From contig UYFQ01000530.1 in the NCBI GenBank assembly GCA_900617105.1, positions 62,001 to 109,280 on the forward strand: a DNA stretch of 47,280 nucleotides. Direction: 5' to 3'. This DNA is from Hydrurus foetidus (Eukaryota). A program made the position numbers and the translations under genes. The notes beneath the pieces were generated by a model, which saw only the letters and a program-made list of their open reading frames with translations, made no database searches and was not told the origin of the DNA. Each line of letters starts with the position of its first letter. Positions within the stretch are counted from its first letter, which is position 1. Below are positions 13,901 to 27,889 of this stretch, piece after piece.

Positions 13901-16700
13901 CTGTTGCAGTTCCTGGATCCATCGGACTGTGTCGGGAACTATTATTTTCATCTTCATTCTTACTTTTACTCCCTTTAGGTCTAGGACTCCATTCCCATTT
14001 GTCCGTACGTCCGTATACTAGAACTTTGAAAAGATTTTTATCCGGTGCTAATTTAGGTCCGGTGAATGACGTGCTATCAATTGGAGTTGATGCAGTTGTA
14101 TCACTCTCTTTACTTTTCTTTTGGATAATACCGCTATTTTTACTGTTAGTGCTAGTGCTGTCTTGTATCAATATTTCTTGCGAATATTTTCTTTTCTTCA
14201 ACATATTTGTATCTCCAGATTTAGATAAATTATTTTCATTTATTCCAACTTTAGAATGATCATCTAAATATCTGTTTACGGCATCAATTTCTGTTGGCTT
14301 TCCTATCCTTCTAAGATTTACGAAAATGCGAGTAGCTAATTTTTCAATAGGTAAAGTTAGAGACATGATTTCCAATTGCAATTCGTCTCTGATATTATTT
14401 TGGCAAATAATTTCTTTGTTTAGATCACATTCTTTCTGTACATCTTTTACCATTTTATTCAACTTCCAGAGAACTTGGACCGCTGTCATGGAATCTCCAC
14501 CCATTGAAAAGAAATCATGGTCATAAATATTATCCGATAATGTGTTTGATTTATTTTCGTTTTTCAATTCTTTGAATTCTTTTTGTCCATTTTTTGTATT
14601 TTGAGTTTTGTTGTCGTGTTTGTTTACTAGGTTAATGTTGCGTATGTTTCTTTTGTCTTGTACAGCAGTTACTATCTCGCTCTCACTTGCACTTGCATCC
14701 AATTCAGTCGAGTCTGTTGGAGTAGTAGAGTGAACAGATTTAATATTGTGCAACAATGGTAGCGCTTCAAAGAACACTTCTACTATTTTTTTCCTCAAGA
14801 ACTCCACAGTTTGAATGTCTTCATGTGATGTTCCGCGATTTACAGAATCGACAAGTTTATTGCCGATCTCAGGAGAGTTAAAAAAAGTGGAAGATGAGGA
14901 AGATGGAGAAGTTCTGTCGTCACTAGTAATCTCAGTATCTCCTTCTCCCCCTCCTCTCTCTTCTCCTCTTTCTCTTCCCGCAGCACCACTGAACACATTC
15001 ATCCTATCACTCCTCTCCTCCCTTGTCCCTCCATCCCCCTTACAGTCATCCACATCCACGTTACCACCCACATCGACAGCCTCTGAGATGAAACTCAATG
15101 ACATTTTGTTGAGTGCTTGGCGGTCAAGCTTGCCTGTCGTGGTTCTAGGTATCTCATCAACGAATAGCACCAACATCGGCATATAGGTAGAGTGAACTTT
15201 ACTCAGCAGGAATTTCTTGACATCTATTGGGGTGTACAGGTCCAGAGTCCGGGCCATAGAATGCTCTACTATAAGTATCAGGTGATGAGAGCGCTTGTCT
15301 GCATCGGGTGCTGCTACAACTGCTATTCTCTCCTTCACTCTTCTCACGAGAACAGGATTCTTCAGATGTTTTTTCGAGACTGGTTTTTCATCTTCCTTCT
15401 CCTCTCCCTTATTTAAAGCCCTACCTTCCTCCACCTTTCCCTTTCCTTCTCCCTCACCTTCTCTACTTCCATTAGCCACCTCTTCTCGTCCCATCCCTTC
15501 AACTTCAACTTCAACCTCTACCTCCACCTCTACCTCTGTGTAGCTACCATCCCCTTTGTCCTGCGTACTTACACGGTGTCCACCAAATAATGAGACTTCC
15601 GTACTAATCTGTGTGTCTGTCTTACAGTCAATGCCGTTTTGAAATTGGCTTGCTATCAGTCTCTCCACTTCTTCTATCTCCACTCGCACGCCTCTAACCT
15701 TAACCTATTTTGGACAGTATGAGCAGAGGAGAGTGCATGGATAGATGAATGATTGAGCAGAAATGAAAGAATGAACGAAAGAATGAATGAATCAATTAAT
15801 GGCGATTTTGAGCATTGATTTAGAATAGAAATGATTCGCAGCTGATGGATAGACACAGAGAAAAAGAGGTTCATGCACAGACACTCAGACAGACAAGCAA
15901 ATACACAGACGTATACTTGATGTGATGTGTCTCTCTCCTATCCCCACCTGCAGGTCGGATCGTCCCAACCAAAGGATGGAACCCGCCCACTTGTTGCACC
16001 ACTCATCCCCTCTATCAAGCATGCTCTGGCAATGATCCACAACACTGCTGCTGCTGCTACTGCTACCATCGGTTAAACCGGTAGAGCTACAGCTTTCACC
16101 GCTTCCACGGCTACTTCCCTCAAGTGGGCCACATTCATTGGTAAGGAGAGCGGGTAGCGAATCTCCACTCCCCATAGGAATAGGAATCCTAACAACGATA
16201 TCTCCAGTGCGGAACAGTTTCTTTCCCTCTAAGAAGGAACTAGAACCAGAGATATTTGAAATCCCTTCGCTACTACCGTCTCTGTTTATTATACGGTTGT
16301 AGGGTATGAACCGTTGAGCGGTTTCATATTCTCTATTGTGGTATCCATCTGCCAATTGGACACCACCTACGAGCAGCTCTCCTGGTGTGCCGTCAGGTAC
16401 TATCTCAAATAACTCCAACTCATCAATCTCCCCGTCCTGTTGACTGTCTTCGCTCTTGTTGCTTTTGTTGCTTTTAACTACGTACAGTTCATTACCAGTT
16501 ATGGCATATCCTATTGGAGCATTGCCGTATAATCGCTTGGAATCCAGAGGTCCAAGGTCTGCCTGCAAGGGGTTGAGGGGTAGTAGATTGTCAGAAGCAG
16601 TCACTGACCGTCAAACTAACCGGGTGTATGTGTGTGTGCTGGAGTGCATTGATTTATATATGTGCATGTGTGTATATGTGTGTGTGTATGTATGTATGTA

Positions 16701-16732
<32 letters not shown>

Positions 16733-19700
16733 ACTGAAGACATAATTATATCTCTGTGCATGTGCGTGATGGTGTGTGCGGCTGTCTGTAAGTGCGAGTC
16801 ATGTGACTGCATTTGTGACACAGCCGCTGAACGAAGGTAGAGGCAGAGGCAGAGGTCGAGGTCGAAAAGAATTTGAGTGTAATTGTGTGTCAATAAGTAT
16901 GGGTGCATCAGTAAATGATGTTGCTGTGATTTCCCAGTCAGTCCTACAAACTAAAGGCTTCACCAGCCTTTCAAGTTCATCCACTCCACTCACCTTAACA
17001 GTGCTTGGTCCACTGGGCATCAAATCTGCAGTAGAAGTACAGCCTGGAGATGTCATATCCGGTTCGCAAAGAACAGCGCAACATACGTCAGCACTGATTT
17101 CTGTTGACCCATAGATGTTCAGGAGGGTTGAGCCGGGACAAGCTTTCCTAAACCTGGTGAATGGGCAGAAAGAAAGATTAAACAGAAGAGAGAGAAAAAT
17201 AAAGAAAGAATAGGTATCATGAGAGAAAGAAAGATAGAAAGATATAAAGAAGGAAAGAAAGAAGAGAAAAAAAGGGGGGAAATAAACAAAAGAAGGAAAG
17301 ATGAGAAGAGAAAGGAGGGGGAAGAAATGAGGTACGTAGAGACGGAGTCTAATAATGGGACAGAAGTTCAACATAGCCGAGATAGTAATATTCTTCCGCT
17401 ATCCCAAATTTTGAAAATTAAATTAGAGTAATATTCTTTAACTCATAGTAAGTAACATGCGGATCACAAGTCTCCACGGCACAATTATGCTCTTCTCCAA
17501 TGCTAAATTCGACACCAGCCCCTCGACTGCCCATCTGCTTCACTCTAAATCATCAAAGAATAATCGTTCTCTCAATCTCACCTGTTCACTAAACCCTCAT
17601 CACACGCCTCGCCACTCACAGTAACTAGCCGTAAGGACGGCCAAACATCCCCTGCGTAGTCGGGGATATTGCAAGACAGGGGATATTGCTGAATGACTTC
17701 CGATTGATTATACAGATATCATTGATCCTACTTATTTGTCACGAAATTTCGCAATAGATATCTTCCGGGAAGAAACGCATATTATGAATTAAAATATGCA
17801 GCAATAAAGCTGCAATTATGTACATTGGATATTAATAGGTTACGGTTTCATCTCGATAAAACAGAACAAAGTATCAGAACACCCAACTTTTAAGAGATTT
17901 GATGTAGCCGTTGAATAAACATGTTGATTTACATAGTCACCTAAATTAGGCATCATGTCAAGGGCTACAGAGAGCTGGGAAGGAAGAAGAGTAAGCCGGG
18001 TCACACCGGCAGCTGATGCAGATGAAGCTATGCCTATAGTGAGTGAAGGCGCAAGGAGGGAGTGGAAGGATTCATAAGCAGGAAAGATTTGAGTGGCGGG
18101 GATAGAAGATGAGAAGGGAAAAGCTATGGGAGAATCAAATAATAGAGGATGTAAAATTGAGGGGATGGAATGGAAGACAAGGGTATACGGAGAAGATGCT
18201 AAATAGCAAGTGAAGCGAGGATGCAATGTAATGTAATATGATGCGATGTGATGCGGTGCAAGTAGTCAAATAATTCAATCGAAATGCGACAGCCTCATGG
18301 AGTGAAGTTCGATTGATCGTGTTGTTAGACAGATTTAATCAAAGACTCTAGAATGAAGGTTGTGCTAATGTTTAATAATACGTTTCTTGACGGTCTTCTA
18401 TCTTTCGTAATACTGATTACAAAAGCAGCACAGTGAAGCAGGATTACGAACAAGAAGGAGGGTACATAGAATGCATCGGATTAGACCGACCTGCTATCCC
18501 CTTCTCCTTGATGAGATGTGGGGGTGCGGCCCATAAAGGCACTCCAGCCAAAAGAGCTCCGAACATCTCCGCCATGGAATCCACGAATGTAAGCTAGAAG
18601 GAATGGCGGAATGCAGTGCATTGCACAGTAATATATTGTTATGTAATCCAATCAAGAATGAGATTATTTATGGGGTAGAATTTAAATATGTTGAAACTGC
18701 TAAGAATGCCCTTTTTCTTCAAAAATCAGAATATCTATCTAGTTGTCAGCATATGTTGATTTATAAATATTATCGCTCTGCAAAAATTAGATGTTGAATC
18801 AGATCAAAGTAAATGTTGTGACTATTTCAATTGATAAGTGTTACTCAGAACGATGCATACACCGGATAAGATATCAATTACAAGCCACGTGTAATCACAT
18901 CCGTCAGTGCGAATTGTCTTCTGATTTAACAGGTCACAAAAATCAGTATACCTCGACATGCTATATTATGCAGGGCTTACCGGAGTCCTACGGCATACCG
19001 CTTCCCCCCTAAATGGCGCCACAGGAACACCTTCATCAACATCAATCTCCATTTCAGACGTTGATGCAACCGTTGCATACTCTCCATTTTTATGATCAAA
19101 GTTGACGGCATCTACGTCATTCACGGCCATCTTACCATGTTGAGCATCACCTCCATTTTTATCTCCATCTCCCTCTTTATCTCCATTTACATCTGTGGTA
19201 GTTCCCTTATCACCATCAATTGCGCTGTTTAAAGGCATTAGCACTACGGGAGTTACTTCCTCCTGATAATCCATTCTGTCGTTATCGGAATTCAAATCCG
19301 TCGGATTGACAGCTTCATCAGAACATTCTACAGAACATTCTAAAGAACCTTCTTCAGATCCTTCTTCTGAGTCATCATCGTTATCTCCTGTGTTTGATGA
19401 GCGAGGTTCAAAGGGAAATAGTTTATACTGCCAAATTAGCCTGTTGATCAGTCCCGCATGCGTACCCAAGACCCCCTTTGGGTATCCAGTTGATCCCGAG
19501 GTGTACATGATGTACAGAGGTGGGAGCGTGCCTTCACTGTACTCGTAACGTCAAGATAAGATTTTAAATGAAATGATATTTGCTGAGATAATATGAAATA
19601 AGATAAGAAAAAGTAAGATGCGATAAGACATGATACAATATCATAAGATAGATCTGCTTGACAAGGGATGAATGGACGCTGCACACGACAGGAGTGTGAA

Positions 19701-20619
19701 ACCTCAAACATCTCTAGTGCACTGATCAAGTAAGACGCATCATACCTGTGTATCGGCAAGCCATCATCATTCAAGATATACAAGGACGGAACCTCCGTGT
19801 GAATGTCTACTAAGTTTGCTTCTGATTGGACTGCGGAACCGTCCGTACATACCAGGGCACAGCGGTGGACTTCAAGTTGTGCGAGAGTTACAATCGCTGC
19901 ATCCCTATCATTCTCTAAATTACATCATACGACATTGGTGATACAGAGAACGGCATGGTATTCCATTCAATGTATTGTGAGGATAGTTATATAATTGAAA
20001 GGAAGCACTTTGCATCATGGTTGTATCAGAAACCAGAGATTGATGTCTGTAATTTTTTCATCTGTTGATCACCTGCTACAACAATAGCTGCTACTGGCTT
20101 AGCGTCAAGAATAATCTGCGGCAGTCTGTCACCACTTCCAGAGGTAATCCAGGAGCTGTCGATAGGCACGAAGGGAGCTCCAATTCTGATGCAGGCGAGG
20201 CATGCAACAAACTATAATATTGAAATGACAGAAGAATTGTAAGGATGTGGTGTCATCTTATAAATTTTGGCTGGAATTTGATAACATAGAATACTACGTA
20301 TGTTGTGAACCTCAGCTGCCGAATGGCCGCGGCATACAATAAGCACGGGATCGCCTTTCCTGACTCCGAAGCGATGGTACAAATGTGCAGCAAGCTCTTG
20401 AGATGACATCTGAAGCTCCACGAATGTGACATTTTCAGCGTCAGCATCGTTGCGACCGATCAGATAATGCTCTGAGCCACCTCTCTCAGAATTTGTGAAC
20501 TCAGTGTGATGATGGCCGCCTTTAGTTATAATTGCAAGCCCTTCATCATGAATCATTGCCATTGTGTCGAACGCTCCGGCAAGACCGTGTTCCAGAAGGA
20601 CTTCATCAGCGCTGAACAT
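10944..20619 (-). CDS. AASDH: AASDH/ACSF4-like NRPS-like enzyme: adenylation domain + phosphopantetheine carrier + PQQ-like beta-propeller, about 11 exons
   Basis: A-domain motifs [12 protein letters not shown] (ORF 18966-19508), LNIYGSTE (~17100), [14 protein letters not shown] and LFRTGD (ORF 15885-16604), [19 protein letters not shown]. Carrier motif FFSMGGDS (~14490). Propeller repeats [38 protein letters not shown]...[12 protein letters not shown]. First plausible ATG at 20619; exon borders are approximate. Confidence 0.9.
16620..16732. repeat. (TG)n/(TGTA)n microsatellite in an AASDH intron
   Basis: Directly visible TG/TATG runs. Confidence 0.85.
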
Positions 20620-21146
20620 TGTCGACTTGATCCAGCAGGAAAGCCTGTCGATCAGAAACGAAGTTTTCGCCACTTCTAGATTGACTGCTTTCAATTCTAC
20701 TGCATGAACATGCAAAACCTAGCAAGTCCAGCAGCAGTCACGCTTTCTGCCTGTCTCACTTCAGTCCACTGTCACCCCGGCATGTTATACCGTAGTTTCC
20801 GGTTGCAACCGTACTGTCGATCGAGAGACGATGGGAGGCGAACTGCCAGTCATCAGTTCGAGTTTCTTGCAGCGCGTTTCGCGCGCGATGTCTGCCAACT
20901 TCATTTGACGATTTCATGGGGAGTAGGATAGATCTACTCCAGAACGAAGTCGATGGCATTTCTGTTATAAATCTGCCTGTGCAACTGAACAACTTAACTT
21001 GATTAATATCACAAGTAAGCATAGAATCGCATAACTTCAATTTACCATTGCAAAGATTCAACTGAATCCGAAAAGGGCCTTTGAAAAGAACAATATGAAC
21101 CGTAAGCTAAAAGAATAAAATAAAATTCGGACGTGAGAACAAAGTA

Positions 21147-24100
21147 TTATACTGTGTTGACACATGGGCGTACATGCAGAGCAATAGATCGCGATTTACA
21201 AACGGTGCAAGAGCTGATGGTGATATAGACTGCGACCAGCAAAAATATAAGTGCGAGAAATGCGAATAAAATCTTGGCATCTGTATCAGACAGCGTGCCA
21301 AAGAGATAAGCCTTTGCTGCATCGTATGTCGGCACTGCACCTTTTGCAGACGGTGCGAATGTCGGGCTAACAGACGGCTGATTAAAATTAGAGTCGATCG
21401 AGGATACAGTTGACCGACTTGACGGTCTCATCGTTGACCTTCCCGAAGGTTGACTTGAAGATGCAAGAGCGGGTTTCACACTGCTTGGAGACACATCCTG
21501 TGATGGCAACACCGTGGGTTTTTCGCTTTGAAATTCTCTTGTAGAATGTGGGGTGGGGTGCACTGGTGATACACCCGATGGATAGGCCGTGAGATTGTCA
21601 GTAGGTCGGTTCGACGGCTGTGACGATGGTTGCGATGTGGGCTGACCTGTCGGTTGTCCTGTGGGTTGTCCTGTCGATTCATCAGTGGGTTGCGATGTTG
21701 GTGGCACCGATGGCCGACCAGTTGGATGACTCGTCGGACGTGATGTAGGCTCGCTTGTGGGTTGACCACTTGGTAGTGCCGTGGGCTGACTCGTCGGACG
21801 TGATGTAGGCTCGCTTGTGGGTTGACCACTTGGTAGTGCCGTGGGCTGACTCGTCGGACGTGATGTAGGCTCGCTTGTGGGTTGACCACTCGGTAGTGCC
21901 GTGGGCTGACTCGTCGGACGTGATGTAGGCTCGCTTGTGGGTTGACCACTCGGTAGTGCCGTGGGCTGACTCGTCGGACGTGATGTAGGCTCGCTTGTGG
22001 GTTGACCACTTGGTAGTGCCGTGGGCTGACTCGTCGGACGTGATGTAGGCTCGCTTGTGGGTTGACCACTTGGTAGTGCCGTGGGCTGACTCGTCGGACG
22101 TGATGTAGGCTCGCTTGTGGGTTGACCACTTGGTAGTGCCGTGGGCTGACTCGTCGGACGTGATGTAGGCTCGCTTGTGGGTTGACCACTTGGTAGTGCC
22201 GTGGGCTGACTCGTCGGACGTGATGTAGGCTCGCTTGTGGGTTGACCACTCGGTAGTGCCGTGGGCTGACTCGTCGGACGTGATGTAGGCTCGCTTGTGG
22301 GTTGACCACTCGGTAGTGCCGTGGGCTGACTCGTCGGACGTGATGTAGGCTCGCTTGTGGGTTGACCACTTGGTAGTGCCGTGGGCTGACTCGTCGGACG
22401 TGATGTAGGCTCGCTTGTGGGTTGACCACTTGGTGGTGCCGTGGGCTGACTCGTCGGACGTGATGTAGGCTCGCTTGTGGGTTGACCACTTGGTAGTGCC
22501 GTGGGCTGACTCGTCGGACGTGATGTAGGCTCGCTTGTGGGTTGACCACTTGGTAGTGCCGTGGGCTGACTCGTCGGACGTGATGTAGGCTCGCTTGTGG
22601 GTTGACCACTTGGTAGTGCCGTGGGCTGACTCGTCGGACGTGATGTAGGCTCGCTTGTGGGTTGACCACTCGGTGGTGCCGTGGGCTGACTCGTCGGACG
22701 TGATGTAGGCTCGCTTGTGGGTTGACCACTTGGTAGTGCCGTGGGCTGACTCGTCGGACGTGATGTAGGCTCGCTTGTGGGTTGACCACTCGGTAGTGCC
22801 GTGGGCTGACTCGTCGGACGTGATGTAGGCTCGCTTGTGGGTTGACCACTCGGTAGTGCCGTGGGCTGACTCGTCGGACGTGATGTAGGCTCGCTTGTGG
22901 GTTGACCACTTGGTAGTGCCGTGGGCTGACTCGTCGGACGTGATGTAGGCTCGCTTGTGGGTTGACCACTCGGTAGTGCCGTGGGCTGACTCGTCGGACG
23001 TGATGTAGGCTCGCTTGTGGGTTGACCACTTGGTAGTGCCGTGGGCTTTCCAGATGGTTGAGCTGTTGGCTGACTCGTAGGTAGCTCCGTGGCAATGAGC
23101 TTGCGACTCCGCGACCTTAATGTCCGATTGATCGCTGTTACATTTTCATTACTAAGATGTGACTCCCATTGATCGGATGGTACATCCTGATAAGACGTAT
23201 CCGCGATGCACTTTATCACCACATATCCGTTGCCACCAGAAGGTTCTCTCGATGTTCCACCGACTCCGATGCCTGACACATACTCAAGCTACAGCAAGTA
23301 CATACAGGTACGGGTGCGGGTACAGAGTAAAAGAGGAGCAGAGAGCATATGAAATGGTGAGAACAACTAAACAAGCGGAGAGCATTAGCAAGGAACAGCA
23401 AGCAACACATCTCGCTGCTCATTGTATCACATCGTCGTACCTCGTTATCGCCTCTCGCCCGAGAGTAAGCAGCGTCCGACCTAAGATGCGATGTAGTTCC
23501 GTCTTCGCTACTGACGCGATGTGAGTGTGCTCGACCTGACTCGCCTCCACCGGCAGAGACTTCGTCCGATCCTCGAACCAGCTGCACGGTTGATCGTCCG
23601 CCAGCACCAGCACCAGCAACAGAACCTGTTATATTGTGAAAAGCTTGGATGGCAAGGGAAGAGATTAGACACAACTCAGGGGGAACACACCATCAAACGC
23701 AGAAACATGAGACACGACATACATGACATGATATGGTTACAGACGGTGTGACACGTCGTATCCATTTCTATGTAGCTAACAAGGCGAGGACTCTTGATTA
23801 TACTATACAGAACTAACCTGAGTCCCTAGTAGGCACATCTTTTCGTCCAGTCGTGTGCTCTGCTACACCAGGACGACCGCCTTCACCTACCACAATCCAT
23901 ATATTCTGGTTCATAGAGACTGGTATATTGGACGAGAAGTAGTCGCCACCTTGCCCAGGACAGCGCATTGTAGATGAGCTTGACTCCTCATGCCCACAAC
24001 CATCGTGACTGTCAGGGCTGTTGATGACAACTAATTTGTCCGCGCTTCGATCAATATGTGCGTTGCTGTTTCGATCTCTGTTACTCTTCGCACTTGCGCC

Positions 24101-24466
24101 TCCTGCGCCCCACAGTTTCACATTGATCATGCTCACGCCGTAAGGTATGTATAATTGCTGGACGGTGGACTCTGTATCATAGGAGAAAGAGAACTTCGTA
24201 TGACAAGCCGTTTGCCCTATGGTTCTTGCCCAAGTTGCAAGCGGACAAGGATGGCATGACGCTCTACCGGTCCCGTATGTGCCTACGGGGCAAGGATAGC
24301 TGATGCTGGCCTGATGTAGATGGCCTTGCACTACATGCTGCATGGAGGAAATTGTCCGCACTTCTCTCCTGGACACAAATTGTGTAGCAAACGGAGTCGT
24401 TCTTGTCCTGATATTGAATGGTTGCGACTCGAAGCTGCTGAAGTTTGATTTCCTTCCGTGGTACAC
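21147..24466 (-). CDS. Membrane-anchored mucin-like surface protein: Cys-rich (GCC2/GCC3, ephrin-receptor-like) repeat + glycine-rich domain + Pro/Thr/Ser stalk + C-terminal TM helix
   Basis: CPVGTYGTGRASCHPCPLATWARTIGQTAC; VKLWGAGGAS; GAGAGGRSTV...SAGGG; GGNGYVVI; (QPTALPSGQPTSEPTSRPTS)n; hydrophobic ILFAFLALIFLLVAVYITI. At least 3 exons (~24466-23817, ~23625-23440, ~23290-21147). The 5' end is uncertain. Confidence 0.75.
21727..23047. repeat. Coding minisatellite, ~22 copies of a 60-bp unit (20 aa)
   Basis: Successive 60-nt lines are identical except at two variable positions (T/C and A/G in the last ten bases of the unit). Confidence 0.98.
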
Positions 24467-25853
24467 ACCACCTTGAGGTAATGATATTGGTGTTGTTCAG
24501 CCATTTTAAATTTTCGGATTGCGGCTTGCCGTTTCACTTCGATGGCAGCTCTGTGTGTGATGGCGTTGCTACAGCATTTATCCAAATGGCGTTACGTTTG
24601 ACATCGACTTGCGGTAACTGACAACTGATGGAAAGACTTCACGAATTCCATGGAGTGAGGGTTCGGTTGTTGGATTTCCACATGAAACCGGATACCGGGT
24701 ACAGTATAACTTATAACTGTATGCGGCCATATTATGGAGGCGCGTTCCGTAGAGTGTTGAGTTTTGCACGGTATAGATGCGTCTTCGTTGAGTTTCAGGA
24801 CTCATGAAATATGATGTTCCGATAAGAAGTTCTTGATTTCATTTGCGCGCAAGTACCACTGAGATCATCAGTATCTATTCTCAGTACATGCTTGTTATTT
24901 GATGTGTATGATCTGCCATGGGACTTTTTCATCCCGTCGAGAACGGTTCAAAAAGACCCCTAAGAGTAATCGGCAATGACAGGCCCCGACTGATGAAAGC
25001 TGAAGGCTCCTCACTCGATTTTCTTATAACGATGTAGTCAGTGTGGATTGATTACGAGAATTTCGAAACCTTTGTAGGAGGTGTTCTATCATTTTCTGTC
25101 ATGTCATATATTTGATAGCAGGATGAAAACAATTTCCCCCGTGCGATATTTCATTTTCGAGACAAGAAGTGAGGAATGAGTGCTGCAAGATTCTCATTAA
25201 AATGTAAACTATCTCGATTCGAGCAGAGATACCATTTGCTATATACAGCATCGTCAATCCTTATTAAACGAAACAACTTTGCGACAGAGTTTCTACAAAA
25301 AAATTTCCTACTACACGTATACCAAATTTGCTTCTATGTGGCTAAGTCTATCATATGCGCGTATTTCCGGCCACCCGACCCGTATAATTCATGCGACCTA
25401 AAGGAGTGTCTGCTCAGCTGCTGGAAAGTTCAATTGCAAGATATCAAGTAAATCATCATGTTGCTCATAGTGGAGATGTATGCTACTGAGAGAAGTCTAT
25501 CAATCCGTTCTGTACTCTACTGTACTGTACTGCATTGCGTCCATTACGATCAAATGGCATTCGCATCTAGAAATGAATTGAAAAATGAATACTTAGGCCC
25601 TACATAGTGGAATTATTTTGGGACGCTACAGACCCTAACACATGGTAGACTGACCACTGACCCCACCCTCTGCTGAGCCATATTTCGGAAAATGGAATTA
25701 AAAACTGACGACTCCGGGTTACCCCCCCCCCCAAAAAATCCACTTTTTCCGGTTAAGCAAATGCATCCAGATACTTTCTTCCAATTTCACAAATTGAATT
25801 TCCTTGCCCTTCAGGGAAATAACCGACAAAGCAGAATCGTGATAGAACGAATC

Positions 25854-27627
25854 TCAAATCTTGAGAACACCGATAGCTTCGCCCTGTGCGAAAGGAAGGG
25901 AGGGTCTTACACGTTTCCATTTTGGGACAACGAATACGATGATGAACCTGCATATCGCGACAATGAATATACAGCAGCCTATTATGAATAGTGCTAGCTG
26001 AGTGCGGTCGAACAATTTATCTCCATCCTCGTCAATCAAATCGTCCAGTGATTCCTTTTCAAGATCGTTGATTGTAGGATGGCTGGTTGGATAAGTTGTA
26101 GGTGGTACTGATGGCCTCTTTGTCAGTATTTCCTCATAATTGATGCCACGTTCCTCAGATTTGGTGCTGCCACTATTAACCGACACGAATAGCGGTGCAG
26201 ATGATGCACTGGGATCAGGACAGGCACGAAGGTTGTTGACACTGGAGTTAAAAATGAGCGCCAGAAATAAATGCACTCTGTAGATATAGCCCACACATGA
26301 AGTGAGAATATCGGCAAGAATCAAAGAGCTCGACGGATAGAATGGTGTAGGAAAATGAAAAGCGATATCACTGCCTCTTACTGATGAAGTCTGATAAGAC
26401 GTATCCGCGATGTACTTTATCACCACATATCCGTTGCCACCAGAAGGTTCACTCGATGTTCCACCGACTCCGATGCCTGACACATACTCAAGCTACAGCA
26501 GGTGAATAAAGGTAACAGAATGAAGGAAAGAGTAGGTAGAACAAAGTGTGCGGAGAACGTGGAGTGGTGGTCATGCATCAGGTAGGGCGCAATGAGCAAC
26601 ACATCTCGCTACTCGTTGCATCGCATCGTGTCGCATCATCGCACCTCGGTATCGCCTCTCGCCCGAGAGTAAGCAGCGTCCGACCTAAGATGCGATGTAG
26701 TACCGTCTTCGCGACTGACGCGATGTGAGTGTGCTCGACCTGACTCGCCTCCACCGGCAGAGACTTCGTCCGATCCTCGAACCAGCTGCACGGTTGATCG
26801 TCCGCCAGCACCATCACCGGCATGAACATCAGCACCTTTAGTTTTAAATTACGTCGCGATGGGATGGGATGGGATATACAACTCGGGGGGAGCAAATCAT
26901 CAAAAATAGCGTCATGTGACATGACATGACATGATGTGGTGTCAGACGGCGTGGCACGTCGCATCCCATTCCTATGTGGCTAACAAGGCGAGAACTTTCG
27001 ATGCAACCAAAGATGCTGCTAACCTGCGCCTCTTGTCAATAGATCCACTCGCCCTGTCGTGTACGCTACTGCATCAACACCAGTACTACCGCCTTTGCCT
27101 ACCACAATCCATATATTCTGGTTCATAGAGACTTGTATATTGGACGAGAAGTAGTCGCCACCTTGCCCTGGACAGCGCATTGTAGATGAGCTTGACTCCT
27201 CATGCCCAAAATCATCGTGACTGTCAGGGCTGTTGATGACAACTAATTTGTCCGCGCTTCGATCAATATGTGCGTTGCTGTTACTCTTCGCACTTGCGCC
27301 TCCTGCGCCCCACAGTTTCACATTGATCATGCTCACGCCGTAAGGTATGTATAATTGCTGGACGGTGGACTCTGTATCATAGGAGAAAGAGAACTTCGTA
27401 TGACAAGCCGTTTGCCCTATGGTTCTTGCCCAAGTTGCAAGCGGACAAGGATGGCATGACAGCCCACGAGTTCCATAAGTGCCTATGGGGCAAGGATAGC
27501 TGATGCTGGCCAGACTGAAATAGCCTTGCGCGACGAGGTCATTGGTGGAGATCATGAGTCTCTTAGCAAATATTTCAAGGAGTTTTTTCAGCCAATTTTT
27601 CCTTTGCGTTATTCCACGATTTTGCAT
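25854..27627 (-). CDS. Tandem paralog of the 21147-24466 gene, lacking the long PTS repeat
   Basis: ~26391-27512 is highly similar to ~23188-24312 in the exons (same Cys-rich and Gly-rich peptides), with recognisably related introns. It has a short stalk PSVPPTTYPTSHPT and a different TM segment LALFIIGCCIFIVAICRFIIVFVV. May be partly pseudogenised. Confidence 0.7.
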
Positions 27628-27889
27628 CTTTCACTTTCATTGAGCCCGGTTGCATGTTGACGAGAGCGCCACAAATGAAGATGTCATCGTCGCAATCTAC
27701 GACACAACGGACTTCACAACGAATGACAAGACGCCACGAATGGACTTCATATTGACATACGGTAGTATGCTTTCTTCAATTTGGTGTCTTGCGCCGTCAC
27801 ACTCTGAAAGATTCGGTTCTGTTCCCAAAATCTTTCCCCTATACCAGTGCCGGTAATAACGCGGTTTCGGTAAAAACGCGGTTATTCGA

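Noticed and set aside
21476..23095. 539-aa alternative-frame ORF (RRVSPRHYQVVNPQASLHHV)n
   Set aside because: Shadow frame of the stop-free 60-bp repeat. The PTS frame connects to the flanking domains and the TM helix.
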